Positions 29,415 to 39,517 of a stretch of 64,000 bases of DNA are shown here, piece after piece. Position 1 is the first letter of the stretch, and every line of letters begins with the position of its first letter. The notes under the pieces are model-generated. The model saw only the letters and a program-made list of their open reading frames with translations. It was not told the DNA's origin and searched no databases. The translations under genes were made by a program, and so were the position numbers. Source of the stretch: Chloroflexota bacterium (GTDB lineage Bacteria > Chloroflexota > UBA11872 > VXOZ01); assembly GCA_965261635.1 (NCBI GenBank), contig OZ253463.1, forward strand, positions 811,879-875,878, read 5' to 3'.

Positions 29415-29900
29415 ATGGACGAAAAGGCGTCTGAGAGTTCAACGGAGGTCGCAAAGAAGGCCGTTGCCAAGGGGTCCGACGCGAAGCCGGTCCTTCTCTC
29501 AGGCGGCAATCCTCAGATCGCGAAGGCCGACGGCGACGCTCCCGTGCAGGCCTACATCGCGGCCATGCCAGGCTGGAAAAGCGATCTAGGGGGCCGCCTC
29601 GACGCGGTCATTGCGCGCGAGGTGCCCAACGTGCGCAAGGCCGTGCGATGGAACTCGCCATTCTATGGCATCAAGGGCCAAGGTTGGTTCGTGAGTTACC
29701 ACGTATTTGTTCAATACGTAAAGGTGACCTTCTTCCGAGGTGCTTCGTTGGAACCCGTGCCACCCGGCTCAGGCAAAGACAAGGACGCGCGCTGGATCAA
29801 CATCTACGAGGGCGAACTCGACGAAGAGCAGATGGCCGAGTGGGTCAGGCAGGCAGCGGGCCTGCCCGGTTGGGATGGGTTCAGAAATTCTGCAAGCTGA
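29415..29900 (+). CDS. DUF1801 (YdhG-like) domain protein
   Basis: The C-terminal region (VRWNSPFYGIKGQGWFVSYHVFVQYVKVTFFRGASL) is typical of DUF1801. Start taken at MDEKASE; the ORF track begins at 29316. Confidence 0.6.
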   Translation: MDEKASESSTEVAKKAVAKGSDAKPVLLSGGNPQIAKADGDAPVQAYIAAMPGWKSDLGGRLDAVIAREVPNVRKAVRWNSPFYGIKGQGWFVSYHVFVQYVKVTFFRGASLEPVPPGSGKDKDARWINIYEGELDEEQMAEWVRQAAGLPGWDGFRNSAS

Positions 29901-30352
29901 ATTCCGAATCGTCCAGGAGACCTATTGAAGGCTCTTTTGGGTTCTTCATCGGCGAGGAGGTGCGCGAACGTGCGTGAATGTGCGCGGCAGTACGCGGCTA
30001 AGTGTCCCCGCAATCCGGGCCGGTTTCACCGATTTTGCACACTTACGTATAGGTCTTAGAGGTAGAAAGGACAGGATAAGCAGGAATCCCCTCACCCCGG
30101 CCGTCTCCCCATGGAAATGGAGTAATTCTTGCGCCGCTGGCTGAAGTTACGCAAAGGTCTCTAGTTGGGAGAGATTTGGAGGATACGATCTTGGCGAGCC
30201 GGTCTTCCGAATTCGAGAGTTCCTTTGAGGGCCCATATGGATCGCTTGACCGGCTCACCATATAGACGCCTCCCAGTGAGAAGTTCGCGGAATATAACTC
30301 TTAGGCCCATCGCAGCAGTGGGCGTTGGGCAATGTGGAGCGAGGTGTAACTC

Positions 30353-32089
30353 ATGGCTGCAGCAAACGTCAACGACAACGTCCGCTACGAACCCGATGAG
30401 AATCCTCCCCGCTTAGTTACCATTGGCTCCGGCGTTCAAGCTGCCATCCTAATCCTGGCCCCGGTGGTCTTGACCGTAGTTATCGTGTCTCGCATTGCCG
30501 GGCAGTCTGAAGGCTTCATAGCCTGGGCTGTGTTTGCGGCGTTGCTGGTTAGCGGGTCCACGACAATACTCCAGGCCGTTAGGGTCGGAAGGTTTGGCTC
30601 GGGGCACGTGCTCATGATGGGCACATCGGGCGCCTTCATCGCCGTCTGCGTCGCGGCCCTCAAGCTCGCGGGCCCGGCCACAATGGCGAGCCTGATCGTA
30701 ATTTCATCGCTATTCCAGTTCTTGCTGGCGTCGCGACTCTCGCTGCTGCGCCGCATTTTCACGCCGATCGTCACCGGTACGGTGATCATGCTGATCGCGG
30801 CCACGGTGATGCCCATCATCTTCGATTCGCTCAATGACGTGCCTGAAGGGTCACCGCAGGCGGCCGCTCCGGTGGCGGCTCTGGTTACGCTGGTTATCGT
30901 AGCGGCGATGGTGGTGCGCGCGCCGCCGACCTGGCGGCTGTGGTCGCCAATCATCGCCATTGCCGCGGGTTGTCTTGTTTCCATACCCTTCGGCATCTAC
31001 GAACTTCAGCAAGTTCTGGACGCGCCATGGATCGGCGTGCCTTTCGACTCGTGGCCGGGCTTTGACGTTACCCCCGGCGTTGAGTTTTGGGCGCTCCTGC
31101 CCGCATTCATAGTCGTCACCTTGGTGGGGGCTATCGAGACCATTGGAGACGGCGTGGCGATCCAGCGCGTCTCTCGCCGCAACCCTCGCGCTACGGACTT
31201 TCGCGTGGTGCAGGGAGCGTTGAATGCTGACGGCGTGGGTAATCTATTGTCCGGCATACTGGCCACCGTACCGAATACAACCTACTCTTCCAGCATCTCT
31301 CTTGCCGAGGTCACCGGGGTCGCCGCGCGGCGCGTGGGTGTGGTTATCGGTGTCATCTTTGTTGTTCTTGCGTTCTTCCCCAAAGTTGCCGCCCTGCTGA
31401 TTGCTATTCCCGCTCCCGTGGCGGCTGCTTACATTACCGTGCTTGTCGTATTGCTCTTTGTGCAGGGCATGAGAATTGTCATCCAGGACGGCATGGACTA
31501 CCGCAAGGCTGTAGTTGTCGGTCTGTCATTTTGGGCCGGCGCGGGTTTCCAGAGCGGATGGATCTTTCCCGAATTGCTGGGTGATGGGTTCTTGGGCGTG
31601 CTGCTGAGCAACGGCATGACCGCCGGCGCTATCGTGGCGATTATTGTGATGGTGTTCATCGAGCTAACGCGCCCGCGGCGCAGGCGATTGCAGGTGGCGC
31701 TAGAGAGTGCTGCCCTGCCGAAGCTCGAAGAATTCTTGCTGTCGTTCGCTTCCAAATGCAAATGGAACGACGCTTCAGCGGAACGGCTGACCTCTGCGGG
31801 CGAAGAGACGCTGGCAATTCTTTTGCAGGAGAGCGGCGGCGCTAGGGGCGGTGGGCGGCGGTTGACGGTCAACGCCCGATTGGAAGGCGGCATTGCAGAG
31901 CTGGAATTCGTGACGTCGCTGGAAGGCGAGAATGTGGAAGACCACCTGACGTACTTGAACGAACTGCCGCCTGTACCGGACGAACGCGAGGTGTCGTTCC
32001 GTTTGCTGTGGCACTATGCGTCTTCCGTGCGCCACCAGAAGTATCACGGGTTGGACATCATCACGGTGAACGTCGAGGGTTTGCGCTAG
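30353..32089 (+). CDS. NCS2 (nucleobase:cation symporter-2, xanthine/uracil permease) family transporter with an approximately 130-aa C-terminal cytoplasmic extension
   Basis: Polytopic protein with NCS2-like motifs (VGAIETIGDGVAIQ and the GSTTILQA region). Confidence 0.6.
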   Translation: MAAANVNDNVRYEPDENPPRLVTIGSGVQAAILILAPVVLTVVIVSRIAGQSEGFIAWAVFAALLVSGSTTILQAVRVGRFGSGHVLMMGTSGAFIAVCVAALKLAGPATMASLIVISSLFQFLLASRLSLLRRIFTPIVTGTVIMLIAATVMPIIFDSLNDVPEGSPQAAAPVAALVTLVIVAAMVVRAPPTWRLWSPIIAIAAGCLVSIPFGIYELQQVLDAPWIGVPFDSWPGFDVTPGVEFWALLPAFIVVTLVGAIETIGDGVAIQRVSRRNPRATDFRVVQGALNADGVGNLLSGILATVPNTTYSSSISLAEVTGVAARRVGVVIGVIFVVLAFFPKVAALLIAIPAPVAAAYITVLVVLLFVQGMRIVIQDGMDYRKAVVVGLSFWAGAGFQSGWIFPELLGDGFLGVLLSNGMTAGAIVAIIVMVFIELTRPRRRRLQVALESAALPKLEEFLLSFASKCKWNDASAERLTSAGEETLAILLQESGGARGGGRRLTVNARLEGGIAELEFVTSLEGENVEDHLTYLNELPPVPDEREVSFRLLWHYASSVRHQKYHGLDIITVNVEGLR

Positions 32090-32192
32090 AGGCTCGCGCT
32101 AGATACGCGCATCTTGTCCGCTCCGGGCATTTGGCAACATCATCCCGGTGAGTCTCACCTAATTCTTAGAGCGGACCAATTGTCAATAAGCC

Positions 32193-32765
32193 ATGCCCAT
32201 TGAGATTGTCGAACAGTCCCCCGCTCTGCTGGGCAGCTACGGCGACATTCCCATCTCGTTTACCGTCGATTCGCATTATCAAGTCGAGGCCCTTGACCGA
32301 GGACGAGGCGGCTGGCGGCTAACGGTGGAGCGAGTAAGGCCGCCGTACGTTAAAGACTACGATGAAGGCGGCGAACGCCCCCTCCGGTGGCTGAAACGCT
32401 GGGATCTTGCGAATTGGGCGGTTCTGGCAGCTATGAGGAATGGGTTGCGGCTTGGCGGCGCCGTCGTCGCCTGGAATACGCCCGGCGTAGATATGCTGGA
32501 GGGACGCGACGACCTGGCGTTGCTCTGGGACTTGCGCGTTCACCCGGGCCACCGCCGAGAGGGTGTAGGCTCTCGTTTGTTCCAACATGCCGCCGCATGG
32601 GCGCGGGCCAAAGGGTGTCGGCAACTCAAGATCGAGACGCAGAACATCAATGTGCGGGCGTGCAAGTTCTATGCGAAGCAGGGCTGCTATCTCGGGGCGG
32701 TACACCCCGGCGCATATCCAGAGCTACCCGAGGAAGTCCAGCTACTCTGGTATCTAGACCTCTAA
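32193..32765 (+). CDS. GNAT-family N-acetyltransferase
   Basis: Acetyl-CoA binding motif A RVHPGHRREGVGSRLFQHAAAWA. Confidence 0.7.
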   Translation: MPIEIVEQSPALLGSYGDIPISFTVDSHYQVEALDRGRGGWRLTVERVRPPYVKDYDEGGERPLRWLKRWDLANWAVLAAMRNGLRLGGAVVAWNTPGVDMLEGRDDLALLWDLRVHPGHRREGVGSRLFQHAAAWARAKGCRQLKIETQNINVRACKFYAKQGCYLGAVHPGAYPELPEEVQLLWYLDL

Positions 32766-33104
32766 GAGGGTGTTTCCAAAGGTGTTGTTTGCACGAGTAA
32801 CGTCCGCCCCCGTATCGTTTCGATACGCTGTATCGAGGTACGGGGCAGGCTCTGAGCTTGTCGAAGGGCAGTTCATACTTCGACGGGCTCAGCACGAACG
32901 GTTTTTATGGGCTTTGCAAACACCCTCTAAGTGATTCCGCGCAGACGCACTTTTCCGCTGCCTAGAATCGGCAGCAGGGCTGACCCCATTGCCGGACGCG
33001 CTCCGAATCTCTTGCCAAAAACTTGGCGGATTCACGCTGGCCTGGGGACAGACGCAACTTCTCAGTGTCACTCCAAGGTCTAGCGAGCTACATGGCACTT
33101 CACC

Positions 33105-33650
33105 TCATTCAATGGCGCTCTCGGTGATGTCTTTCCAGCCGTAGGCCACCTCTATAAGGTCCGTGCCGCCAATTGTGATGGTTTTTTCCTTGACGTACTC
33201 TCCTCCCATCAATTCGTAGAACTGGCGGGCCGGATGGTTGTCCTCGAGAACCCACAGCAGCATTGAGTTTATACCGTGTTTCAGAAAGTGCCGGGCCGCA
33301 GCCGAGAAAAGAAGACGCCCGATGCCCTGGCGCTGACATTCATCGAGAACGTAAATGGCGAAGATCTCTCCCCGGTAGGCGCGGTTGCCCTCTCGCTCAG
33401 GGGCGACATATGCAAAACCGACAATCTCGCCCTCAGCGGTCTCGGCTACAAGCATGCTGGTGGCAGGCCGGTCTGCTGTGAGGTCCTGCTTCCACATCCG
33501 CTCTCTATCCGCATACGAGAGGCCGGCCAAGAATTCGGCTGGCAGGATGCCGGCATATGCGGTGCGCCACGTGTCCACGTGGACTCGTGCGATGGCGCCG
33601 GCATCTATCGGATCTGCTTCTCGAATTCGTATCTCCAAACTCTCGTCCAT
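33105..33650 (-). CDS. GNAT-family N-acetyltransferase
   Basis: LDECQRQGIGRLLFSAAARHFLKHGINSMLLWVLEDNHPARQFYELMGGEY. Confidence 0.75.
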   Translation of the reverse strand: MDESLEIRIREADPIDAGAIARVHVDTWRTAYAGILPAEFLAGLSYADRERMWKQDLTADRPATSMLVAETAEGEIVGFAYVAPEREGNRAYRGEIFAIYVLDECQRQGIGRLLFSAAARHFLKHGINSMLLWVLEDNHPARQFYELMGGEYVKEKTITIGGTDLIEVAYGWKDITESAIE

Positions 33651-33731
33651 TTGCTAGAAGTAGGACCCCCAAGCGAAGAGTTCGCGGGCCGGTCCTCCTC
33701 CTCCGATGGTCTCCATGGAGGATATATTGCG

Positions 33732-35175
33732 TCATGCCGGGAGCGTGACTTTCATTTCCATGTACTCGCCTTGCACAGACTCGGGTGTAATGGATCCCCC
33801 GTGCTCCCGCACAATATCGCTTGAAATGCTCAGTCCCAGGCCCGTCCCTTCTTCTGATGGTTTTGTAGTGAAGAACGGGTTGAACATCTTCTCGAGTGTC
33901 TCGGGCGACACGCCGACGCCGTTGTCCCGAATTCGTATCTCTATCTCATCCTCTTTGCGTTCGGTCTTGAGCCAAATGGAGGGGAGATACTGCGTGTCTC
34001 CTTCGCCCTGCACCATGCGGTGTTTTTCAGCGGCCGCGTAGCATGCATTGCCGACAATATTCAAGAACACGCGGCCGAGACTATCGGGGTCGGCCAGAAT
34101 TGTGCCCGCGTTTGGATCGAACTCCTCCCGCAGATCCAAGTGAAAGTCCGGGTCGAGCGCACGGGCGCTGTGGACGGCGAGTTGGGCGCGGTCGCTCAGT
34201 AGCTTGTTTATGTCGACGGCCTGGGTACTGCCGCCGCCGCGTCCAAGCATCAGCATGTCGCGGACGATGCGATCTGCGCGGTCGCCGTGGGAGCGAATGC
34301 GTTCCAGGTTGCTCGCAAGGTCATCGGAAATGTCGTCTATGAGCGTGCGCGTATCTGCATTCAGTTCGACCGCAGTTCCGTCGAGCGTCTCCTTCAGGTC
34401 GGCGAGCATTTCCTCCGACGCTTCGGAAGTTCTTCATGAAGTTCAATGGGTTTCTGATTTGGTGCGCGACGCCAGCGGTTAACTCGCCCAGCTCTGCTAG
34501 CTTCTGTCGCATGAGGATTTGATCTTGCGCCTGCTGCAGTTCTCCTAGCACTCTCTCGAGTTCCTCATTCTTTGCCTGAAGATCATCGGCGAGTTTTGTG
34601 ACAAGGTCCAACTGCATGGCCTTAACAGAGCGTTTTCTAAGTTCTTCGAGCGCGATTGTCAATTCCGTGATTTCATCGCGGCCCGTTGGCTCGACTCTGT
34701 AGTCCAGATCGCCTGCGCCCATGCGACGTATCCAGACTTCCAATGCCACCGAGCGTATCCCAATGCGTATCAAGATGAACGTGGTGAATAGCAACAGCGC
34801 TGCCGAGAAGGCACCAACTATTAGCAGCCGCGTTCGTCCTGTTGAGACCGCCTGGGCGGCTTCATCCATCGCGCCAGCGGCTGAGGCGCTCACGTCTGTG
34901 CCCGGCGCGTTGACGTCGGCAGTCGGCGCCTGTGCTCTTTCCTCATTGGCCTCCAACAGGATTCTCTGACTCTCGGCAACGCTATTGAAAGAGTGGATGG
35001 TCAAAACTATGCCCAGAATTGCCAGCAAGATAAGTAGCAGCATGCATAGGTTTATCTGGGTAGTATTGCGGTTAAGACTGAATTTAGACAGAGTGAACGG
35101 CTCTTGCTGGGTAGGCATGCAAACCTCTAGCAGATGACATAAATGCGCCTGTCGCTCCTTGTACCACAGGCTCAA
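33732..35175 (-). pseudogene. Sensor histidine kinase (TM, HAMP, HisKA, HATPase_c) interrupted by a frameshift near 34419-34431
   Basis: The upstream ORF (34321-35175) carries TM, HAMP and the H-box LTAGVAHQIRNPLNFMKNF, then runs out of frame. The downstream ORF (33732-34409) carries the N/G1/G2 boxes (NIVGNACYAA, DNGVGV, GTGLGLSIS). A 1-2-nt indel at aacttc|cgaagcg is needed to fuse them. It could be a sequencing error. Confidence 0.65.
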
Positions 35176-35572
35176 TCAGGTTCGCGCGACCGGGGCGACT
35201 CGCTTGGTCTCTTCTGCTCTGCTGTATACAGGGAGAATATCGCATAAATCGCTGGTCGAAAGTGCGACGCGACGCTATCCATGGTGAGGGAGGGTAACGG
35301 TCCTTAGGGTGCGGCGTGGCGTGCGTACCCCAGGAAGAGTCAGGCCACCATGCCCAAGCCGCGTCGCTACGGATTTAGTATACCAGCGGACGCTTTCTGG
35401 CTCATGCTAATGCGTCTGGTGGGCGAGCTCCGCATCGCAGCAGTCCGTGCTAGGGCTGAACTGCTGATTCGTAGCCCCACTTTTCCACTAGGTTGTGTTG
35501 ACACGTATCCGACAATTCCCGCGCACGCGGGAATCAAACTTCACACGGCGCCCAGGGCAGCGAAACGAGGTG

Positions 35573-37267
35573 CTACCGATTCAAAAGCCGTTGCGCGATA
35601 TTCTTAGCCTCGTCGAGGCTCTTGACAAAGTGCGCGGCGGGGACGCGGTGCAGAACATTGAGCGCCCGCAGAGTCGCGGCAGGCGGGCCTGTGAGGCCCA
35701 TGATGATGCACTCGGTGTCCTCGGCGATAGCGCTATCGATCATTTGCTCGACCACCAGCGCGGCGCTGTCGTCCACGTAGACCGTATCGGAGAAATCGAG
35801 AATCACGACCTCGTGGTCCCGGATGTCCACGCTAATGGTATTGATCAGCTTATTCGAAGAGGCGACGGAGAAGCTGCCCCTGAGCGCCACCAGGCCCACG
35901 CGCGCGGAGAAGGCATCTGTCTCTTCCTCGCTTTCATCGCTCGCAAGGAAACTCTGGTCCAGCAACGGCACGGAGATCACCCTATCGAGCTCCAAGCGCT
36001 CGAATTGACGCGCGCCGGCCATGCCGGCGGCGATCAGGCCGATGGCGACGGCGGTAACCAGGTCTACGAAGACGGTGAGCGCCAGGGTGATCAGCATGAC
36101 CAGCAGGTGTTCGCGCTGCACGCGGTGAACCCGCAAGATGAATCGCCAATCGATGATGTCCCAGCCGACCTTCATTAGGATGCCGGCGAGTACCGCGTGG
36201 GGAATTGCTTCGACATATTTGCCGAGACCCAACACGAGCGCCAGCAAGATTGCCGCCCGCAAGGCTCCCGACACTTGCGTCTGTCCGCCGGCGCGGATGT
36301 TCACCACCGTCCCCAGGGTGGCTCCCGCGCCCGGCAGTCCTCCAATCAATCCGGCTACCACGTTGCCGATACCTTGGCCTATCAATTCGCGGTTTGGGTT
36401 GTGACGAGTGCGGGTCATGGCATCGGCGATCAGGGAGGTGAGCAGACTGTCGATGGAGCCGAGCAGCGCGAGGATCAATGCGGGTTCTATGGCTCTGACC
36501 AATAAGGAGAGGGAGAACACCGGCAGTTCAATTTGCGGCAAACCGGTGGGAACCTCGCCAATGACCGGTGTGTTCGTCAACCACAGCACGCCGAGCAGCG
36601 TACCGGCAACGAGGGCCGCCAACGTAGGGGGAAAATATCTCCGCAATTGCCGGGGCCACAGCACGCCTACCACGAGCGTTACGGCGGCAATGGCGAGCGC
36701 ACTGAAGTTGACGTTGCTCATTGCGTTCGGCAAGGCCCGAACGACCCCAACCGGCCCGCCCGTGGCGCCGGTCGCGCCCAGGAACGGCAGAGTCTGCAAG
36801 AGCATGATGATGATGCCGATGCCGGACATGAACCCGGATATCACCGAATAGGGCGTGAAGGCGACGAAGCGGCCGATGCGCATCACGCCCAGCAGGATCT
36901 GTATGAGGCCGGCCATGATGACGATGGTGAAAGCTTCGGCCAGGGTGTCGGCGTGAGTGGTGACGATAACCGCCATGGCCACGGCCATGGGGCCCGTGGG
37001 ACCCGAGATTTGAGACTTCGTTCCGCCGAAAACCGTCGCGAAGAAGCCGACAGCAATTGCCCCGTAAATGCCGGCAAGCGCTCCCAGACCGGACGCCACA
37101 CCGAAGGCCAGCGCTACCGGCAGGCCCACCACGGCAGCGGTAATGCCGCCGAATAGGTCGCCCCGAAGTGTTTGCAGGTTGTAGGTCACTAGGGCTCTTC
37201 CAAAGGAATTGAGCGGAGTGCGATTACTGCAAATCCTTGGTAACCGGTCTTGCCGCAAGACACCCAA
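35573..37267 (-). CDS. SulP-family inorganic anion transporter with a C-terminal STAS domain
   Basis: N-terminal sulfate-transporter signature (LRGDLFGGITAAVVGLPVALAFGVASG) and a C-terminal STAS-like region. Confidence 0.8.
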   Translation of the reverse strand: MGVLRQDRLPRICSNRTPLNSFGRALVTYNLQTLRGDLFGGITAAVVGLPVALAFGVASGLGALAGIYGAIAVGFFATVFGGTKSQISGPTGPMAVAMAVIVTTHADTLAEAFTIVIMAGLIQILLGVMRIGRFVAFTPYSVISGFMSGIGIIIMLLQTLPFLGATGATGGPVGVVRALPNAMSNVNFSALAIAAVTLVVGVLWPRQLRRYFPPTLAALVAGTLLGVLWLTNTPVIGEVPTGLPQIELPVFSLSLLVRAIEPALILALLGSIDSLLTSLIADAMTRTRHNPNRELIGQGIGNVVAGLIGGLPGAGATLGTVVNIRAGGQTQVSGALRAAILLALVLGLGKYVEAIPHAVLAGILMKVGWDIIDWRFILRVHRVQREHLLVMLITLALTVFVDLVTAVAIGLIAAGMAGARQFERLELDRVISVPLLDQSFLASDESEEETDAFSARVGLVALRGSFSVASSNKLINTISVDIRDHEVVILDFSDTVYVDDSAALVVEQMIDSAIAEDTECIIMGLTGPPAATLRALNVLHRVPAAHFVKSLDEAKNIAQRLLNR

Positions 37268-37678
37268 TGGGAAGGCGCGGCTGCTCGGATGTCTGCCAGG
37301 AGGCAGCAGGGCCGCTCGCTACCGGGCCTTGTTGGCGGGCTCTCACGACTCTGCCAACGGCAGCCTCTCTAATGGTTGGATAATGTACATTTAAAGGCCA
37401 CCAGTAAAGGCCGCCAGACATTCCATAGCGAGTAGAATGCTACCACAACAGAACGGGCGCGTCAGGGCTAATCCAGCGACACAAGTTGGTCAGAATGAGA
37501 CCCGGTTAATGGGGACGGCAAGAGGATTGTCCCCACAGATCCACTGAGCAAGATGCAAGGTGGGTTAGCATCGTTCCGCGCTTGAGATTCAAGCGCCTCG
37601 TGCGCGCAGAGAAGCAAGAAATCAACGGACTAGCGGCACCACGAGCGCGAGATGAGAATGACCGCGTCTATCACCGCG

Positions 37679-38705
37679 TCAGGCTTCGCTTTCCAAGCGT
37701 CGGAGTTGCTCGTCGTGCCCCACCAGCACAACCCTATCGCCCGGTTCCATGATCGTTTCCTCATCCGGTGTGAGCAGCAACCTGCCGTCTTGCTTGCTTA
37801 CCGCGAGCACTCGAACTTGATGCCCTGTATCTAGTCCGGCAATGGTTGTTCCCACGAGCATCGAACCGGACGAGACGGCAATCTCGGCGATCCGAGGGCT
37901 GACGCGGGCGCGATCCACGACACTATCGAAGTAGTCTGCCGCGAGCGGCTTGACGGCAGATAGCGCCATGCGCCGCCCACCGATGCTGTACGGCGTGACG
38001 ACCCGGTCAGCGCCCGCCAGCTTGAGCTTCTCTCCGGTTTCAACGGCATCAGCGCGCGCGACTATGGTGAGATTGGGGGTTGATGGCCTTTGCGGTGAGC
38101 GTAATCAGAACATTATCGCTATCGTTGCCGGTTGCGATGATGAGGCCCCGGGCACGTTCGATCCCCGCTTCGAGGAGAGTCGCATTGTGGGTGGCATTTC
38201 TGCAGATGGCGAGGAGACCGTCCTCCTCCGCGGCGGCTATGGCGGCTTCAGTGCTGTCAACGACGACTAAGTCCACGTCCTCACCGTGAATCGCGGCGGC
38301 GGCTTCACGGCCCACTCTGCCGAAACCACAGAGTATGAAATGCGCTTCAACCGCATCGATCTTCTTTTTCATTCGTCGCCTCCGCATGAATACTCTGAAT
38401 ACCTCGTCCTCTACCACGGTCTGCACGGTCACGGTGAGAATGTAGAGCATCAGCCCGACACCGCCCAACATGATGAAGAGGTTGAAAACGCGACCGAGCG
38501 GTGAAAGGGGCTGCACCTCTTCATACCCTACCGTGGTCATAGTAAACACCGTCATGTAGACGGCGTCGAAAAGGCTCCAGCCTTCGATCACCACAAAGCC
38601 CGTAGAACCCACCAGAAAGATGATAGCAAGCGCCAGCCCGCCCCGCGTGAGCCGGCTCGCGGCGATGGTAACCAGCAGTTCGTGTAGATGGTGTCTGATA
38701 GCCAC
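37679..38705 (-). pseudogene. Two-TM K+ channel with RCK/TrkA-N and TrkA-C domains, split by a frameshift in a G5 homopolymer (38075-38079)
   Basis: Pore motif TTVGYEE and the Rossmann motif ILCGFGRVGR in 38049-38705. The TrkA-C domain is in 37679-37969. Removing one C from the coding-strand C5 run restores a continuous ...AKAINPNLTIVARADAVETGEKLKLAGADRVVTPYSIGGRRMALSAVKP... sequence. Confidence 0.7.
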
Positions 38706-39059
38706 GTTTGATCTCTGGGGCCCTTAGCTGAGAATGGGAAACTGCCGGTACAGAAAGGTGAGCCCTGCGCTTGGCTCTCAGCCGGAGATCTTGGATCAAG
38801 TGCGGCCTCCGCCCTTGCCGCGCACAATCGGCCCAAGCGAACGGAGTTTCTTATTCACTCCAGCAATTCTAGCACACGCATGTGCGAGTGAAGTTTCTCC
38901 CGATTGGGTGGCTCAAAGGAGCTAAGCTCACTTGAAATCGAGCTAACTTGGAGAGAGCTCGTTCGCGTGGTATGTTCTTGATAATGGACTTTGAGACGCA
39001 AATCTAATCGGTCTGCCTGGTGTCCATGGTGTAGTGGGTAGCGGTTTACTATCGACAGG

Positions 39060-39395
39060 TTGGAGTTAGAACCGGCAATGATGCTCAAACAAGAAATCTT
39101 GGAAGACATCATCAACAGAATTGTCGAGACTGTCCACCCAGAGAAGATAATTCTGTTCGGCTCGGCCGCTCGCGGCGAGATGGGACCTCACAGCGACGTC
39201 GATTTGCTCATAATCCGAAAGGGTGGACACTCGCGCAAATTGGTAGGACAGATTTACCGTAAATTGCATGGTGTTGGAGCAGCAGTAGACGCCGTTATGG
39301 TCTCTCCCACGGACGTGGAGCGCTATAGAGACAGCCACGCGCTGATTATCAAACCGGCACTGGCGGAAGGAAGAGTCGTGTATGACGCCTCCTGA
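39060..39395 (+). CDS. Nucleotidyltransferase (MNT/Pol-beta superfamily) antitoxin-like protein
   Basis: GSAARGEMGPHSDVDLLI motif (GS-x9-DxD). Confidence 0.75.
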   Translation: MELEPAMMLKQEILEDIINRIVETVHPEKIILFGSAARGEMGPHSDVDLLIIRKGGHSRKLVGQIYRKLHGVGAAVDAVMVSPTDVERYRDSHALIIKPALAEGRVVYDAS

Positions 39396-39504
39396 ACGCT
39401 TCCCACCGGATGACCCCAGGGAATGGTTGAACCGCGCCAAGAGCAATCTGGCAATGGCAATCAACCATACTTCCGAGGATTACCGATTGGTGACCAACCT
39501 CTGA
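39382..39504 (+). pseudogene. Truncated HEPN-domain remnant (40 codons) overlapping the 3' end of the MNT gene
   Basis: ATG overlaps the MNT stop. The translation MTPPERFPPDDPREWLNRAKSNLAMAINHTSEDYRLVTNL resembles the first helix of HEPN partners of MNT. It terminates 14 nt before the convergent fic gene. Confidence 0.4.
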
Positions 39505-39517
39505 CTCCCACCATGAA

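Noticed and set aside
30043-30352. Possible purine riboswitch upstream of the NCS2 (xanthine/uracil-type) permease
   Set aside because: I read the leader for the conserved purine-riboswitch junction motifs and a three-way junction. I found no convincing match, so I am not calling it. An Rfam scan would settle this.
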